DNA of 64,000 nucleotides from an uncultured Bifidobacterium sp. (lineage in GTDB: Bacteria; Actinomycetota; Actinomycetes; S36-B12; UBA5976): positions 91,708-155,707 of the forward strand of contig CAZZKM010000001.1 of assembly GCA_964655115.1 (NCBI GenBank), in the 5' to 3' direction. The translations under genes were made by a program, and so were the position numbers. Below are positions 9,241-19,574 of this stretch, piece by piece (position 1 is the first letter of the stretch; the number at the start of each line of letters is the position of its first letter). Below the pieces are notes generated by a model that had not been told where the DNA came from, ran no database searches, and was given only the letters and a program-made list of their open reading frames with translations.

Positions 9241-10434
9241 ATGCCCTACGGTAGGTATGTGAAGATTCCGGCACTTGTTTCAAACTCAAAAGAAATTTCA
9301 ATTGAAGAAATTAAACGTTATTCACGCCATGTGCTTTTACCTGAAATTGGTTTAGACAATCAAAAGCGAATTTCAAACTCAAAAATATTAGTTATTGGAG
9401 CAGGAGGCCTTGGTTCACCAATCCTTCTTTATTTAGCAGCATCTGGAGTTAAAGAATTAGGAATATGTGATTTTGATGTTGTTGATGAAACTAATTTGCA
9501 ACGTCAAATACTTTTTAATGATCAAAGTATTGGTAAGGATAAAGCTTTAGAAGCAAAAGCAAAAATAAATGAACTAAATCCAAATGTGAAAGTAACAGTA
9601 TTTAATGAAATGATCACCTCAAAAAATGCTGAAAGTATTGTTAAAGATTTTGATTTAGTAATAGATGGAAGTGATAATTTTGCTACCAGATATTTGTTAA
9701 ATGATGTCTGTGTAATTTTAGATAAACCTTATATTTGGGCAAGCATTTATAGATTTGATGGACAAGTAAGTGTGTTCTGGAAGAAACATGGACCTTGTTA
9801 CAGATGTTTACACCCTGAACCTCCACCAACAAATATGGTTCAAACTTGCGCATCCGGCGGGGTATTAGCAAGCATGTGTGCCACGATTGCTTCTTTGCAA
9901 GTTACTCAAGCTTTGCAATTAATAACTGGTGTTGGAGAAGTATTGATTGGGGAAGTGCTTTCTTATTCTGCACTTGATGCAAATTTTAGAAAAGTTAAGG
10001 TTAATCAAGATCCAAATTGTGCGGTGTGTGGAAAAAATCCATCTATTACTTCATTAATTGATTATGAACAATTTTGTGGACCAGTAAAGCCTAGAAAAGA
10101 TCCTGGAATGAAAGCACTTGAATTAAAAGAAATGCTAGAAAAACGAAATAAAAATGAAATAGATTTCTTACTTGTAGATATAAGAGAAGAACCTGAAAAA
10201 AATCTTGTAGAAATCGATGGATCTGTTTTTATCAATAAAGATGACATATTTGCAAACGAGGGACTTGCTTTAATTCCAAAAGATAAACCAGTTGTGCTTT
10301 ATTGTCGCTCTGGAAATCGCTCCACTGAAGTAATGAATTATTTAAAACACAATGGATTCTTAGAAGTAACCCATTTAGAAGGTGGGATTATTTCCTGGGT
10401 AAAAGATATAGAAACCAATAAGCCTTCGTATTAG
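9241..10434 (+). CDS. moeZ: MoeB/ThiF-type adenylyltransferase fused to a rhodanese domain (MoeZ-type sulfur-carrier activating enzyme)
   Basis: 397 aa, collinear by recall with M. tuberculosis MoeZ (RYSRHVLLPEIG, VIGAGGLGSP, DGSDNFATRYLLND, CYRCLHPEPPP, YEQFCG). C-terminal rhodanese with active-site YCRSGNRS. An alternative GTG start lies at 9259. Confidence 0.85.
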   Translation: MPYGRYVKIPALVSNSKEISIEEIKRYSRHVLLPEIGLDNQKRISNSKILVIGAGGLGSPILLYLAASGVKELGICDFDVVDETNLQRQILFNDQSIGKDKALEAKAKINELNPNVKVTVFNEMITSKNAESIVKDFDLVIDGSDNFATRYLLNDVCVILDKPYIWASIYRFDGQVSVFWKKHGPCYRCLHPEPPPTNMVQTCASGGVLASMCATIASLQVTQALQLITGVGEVLIGEVLSYSALDANFRKVKVNQDPNCAVCGKNPSITSLIDYEQFCGPVKPRKDPGMKALELKEMLEKRNKNEIDFLLVDIREEPEKNLVEIDGSVFINKDDIFANEGLALIPKDKPVVLYCRSGNRSTEVMNYLKHNGFLEVTHLEGGIISWVKDIETNKPSY

Positions 10435-10538
10435 TTCTCTCACGAATTGACCCTGCAAGTAATGGTCAAACACCTCATTTCATAGACTATTTATTCGGTT
10501 ATTCAAAAAGCTGAAAAAAACTAAGAGTTAAGAGAGGT

Positions 10539-10757
10539 ATGGCAAAAGACGGGGCTATTGAACTTGAAGGCACCATTGCAGAGACCCTGCCAAATGCGAT
10601 GTTCAAAGTTCAACTAGACAACGGCCATATTGTTTTAGCTCACATCAGCGGCAAAATGAGAATGCACTACATCAGAATTTTGCCTGACGATCGCGTAATC
10701 GTGGAGTTATCTCCATACGATTTAACTCGCGGTCGGATTGTTTACCGCTACAAGTAA
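10539..10757 (+). CDS. infA: translation initiation factor IF-1
   Basis: 72 aa, [30 protein letters not shown]...GRIVYRYK. Confidence 0.95.
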   Translation: MAKDGAIELEGTIAETLPNAMFKVQLDNGHIVLAHISGKMRMHYIRILPDDRVIVELSPYDLTRGRIVYRYK

Positions 10758-10778
10758 CAACTATTACTAAAGGAAAGT

Positions 10779-10892
10779 ATGAAAGTACAACCAAGTGTTA
10801 AGAAGATTTGCGATAAATGCAAAGTTATTCGCAGACACAAAAAAGTAATGGTTATTTGTGAAAATCCAAGACACAAACAACGTCAAGGATAA
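10779..10892 (+). CDS. rpmJ: 50S ribosomal protein L36
   Basis: Not in the ORF track because it is under 60 aa. Hand translation gives [49 protein letters not shown] lies upstream, and the infA-rpmJ-rpsM position is canonical. Confidence 0.9.
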   Translation: MKVQPSVKKICDKCKVIRRHKKVMVICENPRHKQRQG

Positions 10893-10978
10893 TGACAACT
10901 TGTAGATAACCAATTATGGTTATCCGTCACCTCAAATTAAATCTTGCCGATTTAAATAGAGAACGAAACCTCTAGTAA

Positions 10979-11040
10979 TTTCAGAAGCTAGAGACTTACC
11001 CAGGGCGGGTAAGACCGATAACCGTAACAGACTTCTGAAA
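10979..11040 (+). promoter_or_regulatory. structured RNA leader upstream of rpsM (candidate r-protein autoregulatory element)
   Basis: A 9-bp closing stem TTTCAGAAG/CTTCTGAAA encloses a 7-bp hairpin CTTACCC-AGGGC-GGGTAAG. It ends 27 nt before the rpsM ATG. Confidence 0.4.
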
Positions 11041-11067
11041 AATTAAAGAAAAGGAAAACCGCCCAAT

Positions 11068-11445
11068 ATGGCACGTTTAGCTGGAGTTGATCTTCCAAAC
11101 GACAAACGCGTGGAAGTAGCACTGCAATATATATATGGAATTGGTAAAACTCGTTCCATAGAAATGTTAAAAGCATCTGGAGTTAATCCAGATACCAGAG
11201 TAAAAGATTTAGGTGAACCTGAATTAGTAAAACTTCGTGATTATCTAGAACAAAACTTTAAAGTTGAAGGTGATCTTCGTCGTGAAGTTTCTGCAGATAT
11301 CAGACGTAAAGTTGAAATTGGTTCATATCAAGGAATTCGTCATCGTCGTGGTTTGCCAGTTCGTGGTCAAAGAACTCACACCAATGCACGCACACGTAAA
11401 GGTCCGCGCAAAACCGTTGCCGGCAAAAAGATTGCAACGAAGTAG
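11068..11445 (+). CDS. rpsM: 30S ribosomal protein S13
   Basis: 125 aa, [26 protein letters not shown]... Confidence 0.95.
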   Translation: MARLAGVDLPNDKRVEVALQYIYGIGKTRSIEMLKASGVNPDTRVKDLGEPELVKLRDYLEQNFKVEGDLRREVSADIRRKVEIGSYQGIRHRRGLPVRGQRTHTNARTRKGPRKTVAGKKIATK

Positions 11446-11458
11446 AGGGATTTGATTA

Positions 11459-11872
11459 ATGGCTGAAAAAGAAAAGAAAGCAAAACCGGCAGCAGCAAAA
11501 AAAGTTCGTAAAAAAACTAAAAAGAATGTTGCACATGGTCAAGCTCATATCAAATCAACTTTCAATAACACAATTGTTTCAATTACAGATTTGACTGGTG
11601 CAGTAATTGCATCATCATCAAGTGGACATGTTGGTTTCAAAGGTTCAAGAAAATCAACACCATTTGCTGCACAACTCGCGGCTGAAGATGCAGCAAAAAA
11701 AGCAATGGAACATGGACTTAAAAAAGTCGATGTTTTTGTTAAAGGGCCTGGATCTGGTAGAGAAACCGCTATTAGATCTTTACAAGCCTCTGGTCTTGAA
11801 GTTGGTTTAATTCAAGATGTCACCCCAGTTCCATTTAACGGTGTTCGTCACCGCAAACGTCGTCGCGTCTAG
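11459..11872 (+). CDS. rpsK: 30S ribosomal protein S11
   Basis: 137 aa, ...[15 protein letters not shown]...[14 protein letters not shown]... Confidence 0.95.
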   Translation: MAEKEKKAKPAAAKKVRKKTKKNVAHGQAHIKSTFNNTIVSITDLTGAVIASSSSGHVGFKGSRKSTPFAAQLAAEDAAKKAMEHGLKKVDVFVKGPGSGRETAIRSLQASGLEVGLIQDVTPVPFNGVRHRKRRRV

Positions 11873-11902
11873 TTAAAGAATTAAAGGAGAAAAGAAAAAC
11901 TT

Positions 11903-12529
11903 ATGGCACGTTATACAGGGGCAGATTGCAAGAGATGCCGCAGAGAAAAAGTAAAACTTTATTTAAAAGGTTCTAAATGTGATTCACCAAAGTGTCCAAT
12001 GGAATCTCGTCCATTTCCACCAGGACAACACGGAAGAAATCGTGGTAAAGAATCTGAATATTCATTACAAAAGCGTGAAAAACAAAAAGCTGCACGTATA
12101 TATGGTGTGTTAGAAAAACAATTCCGTAACTATTACGAAGAGGCATCTCGCAGAACTGGTAAGACTGGTGAAAACCTTCTTGTCATGTTAGAAAATCGTT
12201 TAGACAACGTTATTTATCGCGCAGGTTTTGCTAAGAGTCGCGACATGGCAAGACAAATTGTTCGCCATGGTCACATCTTGGTAAATGGTAAGAAATTAAA
12301 TATTCCTTCTTACCAAGTCAAAACAACTGACATCATCGAAGTTCGCCCAGAGTCACGCGAATTGACACCATTTGTGGTGGCAAGAGCTGAATCTGGTGAA
12401 AAAACAATTCCAGCATGGCTTGATGTGTCCGCACACAACATGCGCGTAATTGTTACTGCAGTACCAGTGAGATCACAAATCGACACAGCTGTTCAAGAAC
12501 AGTTGATCGTTGAGTTGTACTCCAAGTAA
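11903..12529 (+). CDS. rpsD: 30S ribosomal protein S4
   Basis: 208 aa, MARYTGADCKRCRREKVKLYLKG..., with an S4 RNA-binding domain. Confidence 0.95.
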   Translation: MARYTGADCKRCRREKVKLYLKGSKCDSPKCPMESRPFPPGQHGRNRGKESEYSLQKREKQKAARIYGVLEKQFRNYYEEASRRTGKTGENLLVMLENRLDNVIYRAGFAKSRDMARQIVRHGHILVNGKKLNIPSYQVKTTDIIEVRPESRELTPFVVARAESGEKTIPAWLDVSAHNMRVIVTAVPVRSQIDTAVQEQLIVELYSK

Positions 12530-12590
12530 TAAAAGCAATATCCCCGACAAGGGCGTCAAATAGTGGTCGCCTGAAAGGTAAGAAAAAAAT

Positions 12591-13607
12591 ATGTTAATAG
12601 CACAACGTCCGATACTGGTTGAAGAACCAATTTCAGATACTCGCGCAAGATATATTCTCGAGCCTCTAGAACCAGGTTTTGGTTATACGCTGGGAAACTC
12701 TTTACGTAGAACTCTTCTTTCTTCAATTCCAGGAGCTGCAATCACCAGCATCCGTATTGAAGGAGCTTTACATGAATTCACAAACCTTGATGGTGTTGTG
12801 GAAGATGTAACCGAAATAGTTTTGAATGTTAAAGACATCGTGGTTTCATCAGATAATGATGAACCTTCAGTGATGCATTTAAAGAAATCAGGACCTGGAG
12901 AAGTAACGGCAGGAGATATTTCTGCTCCTGCAGGTGTTGAAGTACACAATCCAAAACACCACATCGCAACCCTAAATTCCAAAGGCAAAATTGAAATGGA
13001 ATTAGTAGTTGAACGCGGTCGTGGATATGTTACTGCTGTACAAAATAAAGTAAGCGGTGCAGAAATTGGACGTATTCCAGTTGATTCTTTATATTCCCCA
13101 GTTGTCAAAGTTACTTACAAAGTAGAAGCAACTCGTGTTGAACAAAGAACAGACTTTGATCGTTTAGTTATCGAAGTTGAAACCAAACCATCCATGAAAC
13201 CTTCATATGCTGTGGCTTCAGCTGGAAGAACATTGGTTGAACTATTTGGTTTAGCTCATGAATTAAATGTCAATGCAGAAGGAATTGAAATTGGGCCAAG
13301 CCCAGTTGATGCTTATGCATTAGAACAACTAAATATGCCAATTGAACAACTTGATTTAACAGTTCGTTCTTACAACTGTCTAAAGCGCGAAGGCGTGCAC
13401 ACTGTTGGTGAATTGATCACCAGAAGTGAAGCAGATTTGATGGATGTAAGAAACTTTGGTCAAAAATCAATTGATGAAGTTCATGCCAAACTACAAATGC
13501 TTGGTTTGAAACTAAAAGATTCACCAGCTGGTTATGACAGAACCAAAGCAGCAGGCTACATCGAAGAAAACGATGAAGAAAATCTTGCTGAAGACGAGAA
13601 GTTCTAA
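12591..13607 (+). CDS. rpoA: DNA-directed RNA polymerase subunit alpha
   Basis: 338 aa. N-terminal domain [20 protein letters not shown] and C-terminal domain [22 protein letters not shown]. Confidence 0.95.
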   Translation: MLIAQRPILVEEPISDTRARYILEPLEPGFGYTLGNSLRRTLLSSIPGAAITSIRIEGALHEFTNLDGVVEDVTEIVLNVKDIVVSSDNDEPSVMHLKKSGPGEVTAGDISAPAGVEVHNPKHHIATLNSKGKIEMELVVERGRGYVTAVQNKVSGAEIGRIPVDSLYSPVVKVTYKVEATRVEQRTDFDRLVIEVETKPSMKPSYAVASAGRTLVELFGLAHELNVNAEGIEIGPSPVDAYALEQLNMPIEQLDLTVRSYNCLKREGVHTVGELITRSEADLMDVRNFGQKSIDEVHAKLQMLGLKLKDSPAGYDRTKAAGYIEENDEENLAEDEKF

Positions 13608-13642
13608 AAACCAACCACGACGCTAAAAAGTAGGAGAACAAA

Positions 13643-14137
13643 ATGGCAGCACCAACCCAAGGTACGCGTCTTGGTGGTTCACCAGCACATCAAAAATTGA
13701 TATTGGCAAACCTTGCTACATCACTTTTTGAAAAAGGAAAAATCACAACCACAGAAGCAAAAGCTAAGAAACTTCGTCCCTTTGCAGAAAGAATTATTTC
13801 TCAAGCAAAAAGAGGAGACCTTGCTTCTAGAAGACGTGTGTTAGCCGTAATTAGAAACAAATCAGTAGTGCATTCATTGTTTACTGAAATTGGTCCAAGC
13901 TTTGCAAAAAGAAATGGTGGTTATTTAAGAATCACCAAACTTGGTCCAAGAAAAGGTGACAATGCACCAATGGCAGTAATTGAGTTAGTAGAAGCTTTGG
14001 CTGAAAAAGTCGTAGCGGCAGCAGAAAGTGCAACTAAGAATGCAGCAAAAGTAGAAGCTGCAGAAAGTGCACCTGTATCTACTGAAGCAAAACCTGCAAA
14101 GAAAACTGCTAAAAAAGAAACAGCAAAGAAAGCATAA
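13643..14137 (+). CDS. rplQ: 50S ribosomal protein L17 with Ala/Lys-rich C-terminal extension
   Basis: 164 aa with an L17 core ([21 protein letters not shown]...[15 protein letters not shown]) followed by an A/K/E-rich tail. Confidence 0.9.
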   Translation: MAAPTQGTRLGGSPAHQKLILANLATSLFEKGKITTTEAKAKKLRPFAERIISQAKRGDLASRRRVLAVIRNKSVVHSLFTEIGPSFAKRNGGYLRITKLGPRKGDNAPMAVIELVEALAEKVVAAAESATKNAAKVEAAESAPVSTEAKPAKKTAKKETAKKA

Positions 14138-14152
14138 TTTTTTTAGTAGAAT

Positions 14153-15001
14153 TTGAAAATGAAAATTAATAAGCCCGCTTCTTTCGGAGGCGGGCTTATT
14201 CGTATCCGTTTAGATATTGCTTATGACGGCACAGATTTTGCAGGTTTTGGTACTCAACCACAACAGCGAACTGTGCAAGGTGAATTAAATAAAGTTTTAA
14301 AAAAATTCTTAAGAGTATCCTCGATAAAAACTATTGGAGCAGGAAGAACAGATAAAGGAGTTCATGCTCGCGGTCAAGTAGTTCATTTTGATGTTTTAGA
14401 AAATACTTGGAAAAGTATAAAAGATCCAATGTATAAATTTAGAAGATTATTACCAGTTGATTTACAAGTTAGAAAAGCAAGTATTGTGCCTCTTGATTTT
14501 GATGCCAGATATAGCGCTTTAACTAGAAGATATTCATATACAGTTTGTGACTCGAAAGAAGGTTTAGATCCATTTAATTCTAGATTTGTTTTAGATTATA
14601 GAAAAAAGTTAGATGATCACGATATGAATAAAGCAAGTCAATTATTAATTGGTTTAAATGATTTTTATGCTTTTTGTAAAACTAGAGCAGGATCTACCAC
14701 CATTAGAAATTTAATTAAATTTAGATGGACTAGAAAAAGCCAATTTTTAACCGCGGAAGTAATTGCTGATGCATTTTGCTATTCCATGGTTAGAGGACTA
14801 GTGGGAGCAGTCTTGCAGGTGGGAACAGGTAAGAAAAGTATTAATTGGCCAAAAGAAATTATGGAAAAAAGAAAGAAAGTTACTGATTTAAACGTAGTCT
14901 CTCCAAGTGCCCTTATTTTAGAAGAAGTTAGCTATCCTCACCCATCTTTATATAAATCTCAATACGAATTAACTCGTCGATTAAGAACTCTGGAAGAATA
15001 A
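14153..15001 (+). CDS. truA: tRNA pseudouridine(38-40) synthase
   Basis: 282 aa with YDGTDFAGFGTQP and the GAGRTDKGVHARGQVVHFD catalytic Asp motif. TTG start at 14153, alternative ATG at 14159. Confidence 0.85.
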   Translation: MKMKINKPASFGGGLIRIRLDIAYDGTDFAGFGTQPQQRTVQGELNKVLKKFLRVSSIKTIGAGRTDKGVHARGQVVHFDVLENTWKSIKDPMYKFRRLLPVDLQVRKASIVPLDFDARYSALTRRYSYTVCDSKEGLDPFNSRFVLDYRKKLDDHDMNKASQLLIGLNDFYAFCKTRAGSTTIRNLIKFRWTRKSQFLTAEVIADAFCYSMVRGLVGAVLQVGTGKKSINWPKEIMEKRKKVTDLNVVSPSALILEEVSYPHPSLYKSQYELTRRLRTLEE

Positions 15002-15005
15002 AGTT

Positions 15006-15836
15006 ATGTCTTCCCAAATTTGGCTAAATGATGAATTAGTCGATAGCGAAAATGCAAAGGTAAGTGTTTTTGACCACGGTTTTACAGTTGGCGATGGAGC
15101 ATTTGAAACTTTAAAAGTAGTTGATAAAAATCCAGTAGCCCTTACTCGACATATTGAAAGACTTACTTATTCCTTAAAAACAATTGGAATCGATTTTGAA
15201 AAGCAAGATTTATTAAGAAAAGCAATTGATGAAGTAATTAGTGCAAATCCTCAATTAGGTTCCACCATGAGAATGAGAATTACCTACACAAGTGGCATAG
15301 GACCTCTTGGAAGTGATCGAACTAAAGATAATTTCACACTTGTAGTAGCAGTAAGTCCAGAAGCCAATTGGCCAGAAACTGCAATCGTTGTCACAGTTGA
15401 TGAACCTAGAAATGATAAAAGTATGTTGGCAGGTTCAAAAACAACTTCTTATGCTCAAAATGCTGCAGTGTTAGCTATGGCTAAAGCTAAGAATGCCCAT
15501 GAAGCAATCATGCCTAACACGAGAAATCAATTGTGTGAAGGAACTGGCTCGAATATTTTTGTGGTTAAAGATGGAAAAGTAATGACGCCACCATTAAGCA
15601 GTGGTTGTTTAGGTGGAATTACTAGAGCATTAGTTTGCCAATGGTTTGATGTCAAAGAAGTTGATCTACCCATGTCAATCTTGAATGAAGCTGACGAAGC
15701 ATTTCTAACTTCATCGACAAGAGATATTCAACCAATTTCAAAAATAAATGATCGTGAATTAAAAGCACCCGGTCCAATAAGTATTAAGTTAAGGGATGAA
15801 TTTAAAGAAAAAATTTCCAAAAATTGGGATGCTTAA
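15006..15836 (+). CDS. class-IV (fold type IV) PLP aminotransferase / aminodeoxychorismate-lyase-like
   Basis: 276 aa with FDHGFTVGDGAFETLKV, GSNIFVVKDGKVMTPP, GITR and FLTSSTRDIQPI. Confidence 0.7.
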   Translation: MSSQIWLNDELVDSENAKVSVFDHGFTVGDGAFETLKVVDKNPVALTRHIERLTYSLKTIGIDFEKQDLLRKAIDEVISANPQLGSTMRMRITYTSGIGPLGSDRTKDNFTLVVAVSPEANWPETAIVVTVDEPRNDKSMLAGSKTTSYAQNAAVLAMAKAKNAHEAIMPNTRNQLCEGTGSNIFVVKDGKVMTPPLSSGCLGGITRALVCQWFDVKEVDLPMSILNEADEAFLTSSTRDIQPISKINDRELKAPGPISIKLRDEFKEKISKNWDA

Positions 15837-15846
15837 GCACTAATTT

Positions 15847-15926
15847 CTTGAGGAAAACAAGCCTTTGACCCTCGAATCTGGGCTGTTTGGGCCTATTGGG
15901 TAATCTGTAACCTCAAGTGTTTTTTT
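15847..15926 (+). terminator. terminator/attenuator-like structure upstream of rplM
   Basis: A 7-bp closing stem CTTGAGG...CCTCAAG encloses about 57 nt and is followed by TGTTTTTTT. Confidence 0.3.
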
Positions 15927-15967
15927 GGAAGTTAACAAAACCCCAAGGAAAAGAAGAGTAGAAAAGT

Positions 15968-16420
15968 ATGCGCACGTTCAGCCCAAAGGCTAGTGAAGTA
16001 GTTCGTCAATGGCACATTCTTGATGCCACCGATATTCCACTAGGTCGAATTGCTTCTGCTGCTGCAACTATTCTTCGCGGCAAACACAAACCAACTTTTG
16101 CACCACATGTTGATACAGGTGATTTTGTAATTGTTTTGAATGCAGGAAAAGTTTCACTTTCAGGTTCAAAGAAAACAGAAAAGAAAGCATTTTCATACTC
16201 TGGTTTTCCAGGTGGACTTACTGCAATTGGTTATGACAAATTATTAGAAAAAAATCCTGAAAAAGCAATCCAATTAGCAGTTAAGGGAATGCTTCCACAT
16301 AACAAACTTGGCAACAAAATGATCAAGAAATTAAAAGTTTATGCAGATGCAAACCATCCACATTCTGCACAAAACCCAAAGCCTTATGAAATTAAACAAA
16401 TCAAACAAGTAGCTAACTAA
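15968..16420 (+). CDS. rplM: 50S ribosomal protein L13
   Basis: 150 aa, ...[37 protein letters not shown]... Confidence 0.95.
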   Translation: MRTFSPKASEVVRQWHILDATDIPLGRIASAAATILRGKHKPTFAPHVDTGDFVIVLNAGKVSLSGSKKTEKKAFSYSGFPGGLTAIGYDKLLEKNPEKAIQLAVKGMLPHNKLGNKMIKKLKVYADANHPHSAQNPKPYEIKQIKQVAN

Positions 16421-16431
16421 AGGAAAATATT

Positions 16432-16890
16432 TTGACTGAGTCACAAACTTATGTAACAAGTGAATCCGAAAAGTCTTTCAAACCGCTAAAGACTGGTAAA
16501 CAAGGTCCTTCAGCAGGAACTGGTAGAAGAAAAGAAGCAATTGCCAGAGTCAGAATTGTTCCAGGAAACGGCAAGTTTGTTGTTAATGGAAAAGATTTAG
16601 CGACTTATTTTCCAAACAAATTGCATCAACAATTAGTTAATGATCCTTTTAAGATTCTAGGAATTGAAAAAGCCTATGACGTTATTGCTGAAATTGTGGG
16701 CGGTGGCTCAAGTGGTCAAGCTGGAGCTTTAAGACTTGGAATTGCAAGAGCACTAAATGCAGTTGATGTAGAAGTAAATCGTCCAATTTTGAAAAAAGCA
16801 GGTTTCTTAACTCGTGATCCAAGAGTTATTGAACGTAAAAAAGCTGGATTGAAAAAAGCTCGTAAGCGCTCGCAATACAGCAAGAGATAA
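16432..16890 (+). CDS. rpsI: 30S ribosomal protein S9
   Basis: 152 aa, [17 protein letters not shown]...[21 protein letters not shown] start. Confidence 0.95.
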   Translation: MTESQTYVTSESEKSFKPLKTGKQGPSAGTGRRKEAIARVRIVPGNGKFVVNGKDLATYFPNKLHQQLVNDPFKILGIEKAYDVIAEIVGGGSSGQAGALRLGIARALNAVDVEVNRPILKKAGFLTRDPRVIERKKAGLKKARKRSQYSKR

Positions 16891-16894
16891 ATCT

Positions 16895-18229
16895 ATGGGC
16901 CGATTATTCGGCACCGATGGTGTGCGAGGTTGTGCAAATAAAGATCTCACTCCTGAATTAGTTTTCTCCCTTGGTAAATCTGCATCGTTAGTTATTGCTC
17001 AACAACATGGCAAAGGTAGAGCCAGTGCTGTTGTTGGAAGAGATCCACGTGCAAGTGGAGAAATGTTAGAAGCAGCTCTAATTGCAGGTCTTGCCACAGT
17101 TGGGGTTGATGTATTAAAAGTTGGAGTTTTACCAACTCCGGCAATTGCCTATTTAACTCAGTATTACAAAGCAGATTTAGGAGTTGTTTTATCTGCTTCA
17201 CATAATGTTTTTTCGGATAACGGTGTGAAATTCTTTTCAAAAGATGGAAAAAAACTTCCTGATGAAGTTGAAGATGAAATTGAAAAAAACTTAGAGACAA
17301 AAGTGCCACATCCAACTGGAAGTGAAGTTGGTCGAGTGAGAGAAATGGCTGATGCTTACGAGGCTTATTTAACTCATCTTTTAGAAACAGTTCCAAGTGC
17401 AGCCCTTAAAGGTTTAAAAGTTGTAGTGGATTGTGCAAATGGAGCAGCAAGTGAAGTAGCACCAGATTTATATCAACGCGCAGGTGCTGAAGTAATTGCC
17501 ATTCACAATTCACCAAATGGAATAAATATCAACGATAATTGCGGATCAACTCATATGGGGTCATTAATTGAAAGAGTTAAAAAAGAAAAAGCTGATATTG
17601 GAATAGCTCACGATGGCGATGCTGATAGATGTTTAGCAGTTGATGAATTGGGAAATATTATTGATGGTGATCACATATTAGCTTTGTTGGCAAAAGATTT
17701 TAAAAACTCTAAAAAATTACATGCTGAAACTGTTGTTTCTACAGTCATGGCAAATTTAGGTTTTAAAATTGCCATGAAAAATGAAGCAATTTCAATAATC
17801 GAAACTCAAGTAGGAGATCGTTACGTATTAGAGGCTATGGAAGAAAAAAATTACGTTCTAGGTGGGGAACAATCAGGACATGTAATTATGCGAAATTACT
17901 CCACCACAGGGGATGGATTATTGACAGCACTGCATTTAATGAATGTATTAAATAGTGAAAAAAAATCACTTTCAAATATTTCTCAAATAGTGAAGAAATA
18001 TCCTCAAATTTTAATAAATGTTTCAGATGTAGATAAATCAAAAATAAGTAATTCAAAATTACAAGACGCAGTAAAAAATGCTGAACAAAGTTTAAATCAA
18101 AAAGGAAGAGTTTTATTAAGACCAAGTGGCACAGAGTCTTTGATTAGAGTAATGGTTGAAGCTGAAACTCAAGATTTGGCAGAAAAAATTGCCCAAGAAT
18201 TAGTAGCAGTAGTTAAAAGTACTTGCTAA
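16895..18229 (+). CDS. glmM: phosphoglucosamine mutase
   Basis: 444 aa with FGTDGVRG, the phospho-Ser motif SASHNVFSDNGVKFF, HDGDADRC and GGEQSGH. Confidence 0.9.
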   Translation: MGRLFGTDGVRGCANKDLTPELVFSLGKSASLVIAQQHGKGRASAVVGRDPRASGEMLEAALIAGLATVGVDVLKVGVLPTPAIAYLTQYYKADLGVVLSASHNVFSDNGVKFFSKDGKKLPDEVEDEIEKNLETKVPHPTGSEVGRVREMADAYEAYLTHLLETVPSAALKGLKVVVDCANGAASEVAPDLYQRAGAEVIAIHNSPNGININDNCGSTHMGSLIERVKKEKADIGIAHDGDADRCLAVDELGNIIDGDHILALLAKDFKNSKKLHAETVVSTVMANLGFKIAMKNEAISIIETQVGDRYVLEAMEEKNYVLGGEQSGHVIMRNYSTTGDGLLTALHLMNVLNSEKKSLSNISQIVKKYPQILINVSDVDKSKISNSKLQDAVKNAEQSLNQKGRVLLRPSGTESLIRVMVEAETQDLAEKIAQELVAVVKSTC

Positions 18230-18825
18230 GCAAGAAGTAATTTATCAAAAATAGAATAAATTAAGTCGACCCATTTTTCTTTATCCATAGGAACAGTACT
18301 TATATCGTCAACCACAATTCCAATTGTGTAAGCCTGAACAAATACTGCGATTACTTTTGGATCTAATTCTTTTTTAATAAATCCTTTTTCTTGAGCTTCT
18401 CTAAAAACATCAGTTAGTGCATTAGTTAATCGATCTTGTGATTCTGCTAATTGAGCACCAAGTCGTGGATTATTTCTAGTAAGTGAAATAGTTTCAGTTC
18501 TTTCTAATCTAAAAGGTGCTCTTTCTGAACTATGACTATAAGTTGCATACTCTCTTAAAACTTTGAGAATATCTTCTCTTGATTTTGAGGCACTCAAATG
18601 ATTAGTCAAGGTAATAATTGATTCATCTACCCATTGACTAAATCTTCTAACTCTGACAGTTTCAACTAATTCACCAAAATCATCAAAATGATGATACAAA
18701 GAACCTTTGGTAATTCCTGAAGTCTCAAGGACCATATCTGAAGTTATCTCATGCCAACTATTAGATTTAGATAAATCAAGAAAAGTTTGAATTAACTTTT
18801 CTTTAGTTGGATGAATTATGGTCAT
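18226..18825 (-). CDS. TetR-family transcriptional regulator
   Basis: 199 aa with the N-terminal HTH TSDMVLETSGITKGSLYHHF. 4-nt convergent overlap with glmM. Confidence 0.8.
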   Translation of the reverse strand: MTIIHPTKEKLIQTFLDLSKSNSWHEITSDMVLETSGITKGSLYHHFDDFGELVETVRVRRFSQWVDESIITLTNHLSASKSREDILKVLREYATYSHSSERAPFRLERTETISLTRNNPRLGAQLAESQDRLTNALTDVFREAQEKGFIKKELDPKVIAVFVQAYTIGIVVDDISTVPMDKEKWVDLIYSIFDKLLLA

Positions 18826-18842
18826 AAGAATAAGTTATCTTA

Positions 18843-19532
18843 CTAAGACGCAATTACATCCAAATACCAACAAGTTTTACTCGTTGGCTTAATTAATTCT
18901 GACTTAAATTTTTTATTTACTAGCTTCTGTAACTCTTGAGGTGTCTTTGGAGGTTTACTTGATTGTACTAAAAGTTTAGTTACCTCGCCCCGGGTCTTTT
19001 TTGACATGTGAGTTACAACAGATTTTTTACCGTTCTTCAATGTGAACACTCTTATTCCTACTGTTTTATTTAAATCTGGAGCCCAGACTCCTTGATAGGT
19101 ACTAGATCTACAATCAACAATTAAATTAGTTTTTATTTTTTCTAAAGCTTGCGGTAATACTTTTTTCCATAAAGAATTTAAAGAACCTATTTTGGGCAAT
19201 GACTTTGCCATATCCAATTTGTAGCTTGGAATTTTATCTTCTAATTTAACTGCGCCAAATAATGCAGAAATAATGACAATACTTTTAATCGCTCTTTTTT
19301 TACTCTTAGAATCTAATGAATTAAAATCAAGTGCTTGATACAAAACTCCTGAATAAACATCAATTGCTTTTGCAGTGGGAAGTTTATTTACTTTTGTACC
19401 CATTGCATCCCAAGTTTTCTTTCTGGTGCTGGTTAAGTCTTTAGCAAAAGACAGACTAGACAAATTGACTAATTTGCCCTTTTCAACAGAGTTCTTGCCT
19501 TCACTGGGTGGCAAAAGGATGAGCACAGACAT
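18843..19532 (-). CDS. yaaA: YaaA/DUF328-family peroxide-stress protein
   Basis: Track ORF 18843..19547. The family N-terminus MSVLILLPPSEGK places the likely start at 19532. Confidence 0.7.
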   Translation of the reverse strand: MSVLILLPPSEGKNSVEKGKLVNLSSLSFAKDLTSTRKKTWDAMGTKVNKLPTAKAIDVYSGVLYQALDFNSLDSKSKKRAIKSIVIISALFGAVKLEDKIPSYKLDMAKSLPKIGSLNSLWKKVLPQALEKIKTNLIVDCRSSTYQGVWAPDLNKTVGIRVFTLKNGKKSVVTHMSKKTRGEVTKLLVQSSKPPKTPQELQKLVNKKFKSELIKPTSKTCWYLDVIAS

Positions 19533-19574
19533 AAACATTACCTTCAAGTTTGGTTCGTCTAGGCTGTTAACACA

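Noticed and set aside
19533-19574. glmS ribozyme upstream of glmS.
   Set aside because: The intergenic space is about 27-42 nt, far too short for the roughly 170-nt ribozyme. No conserved core is visible.
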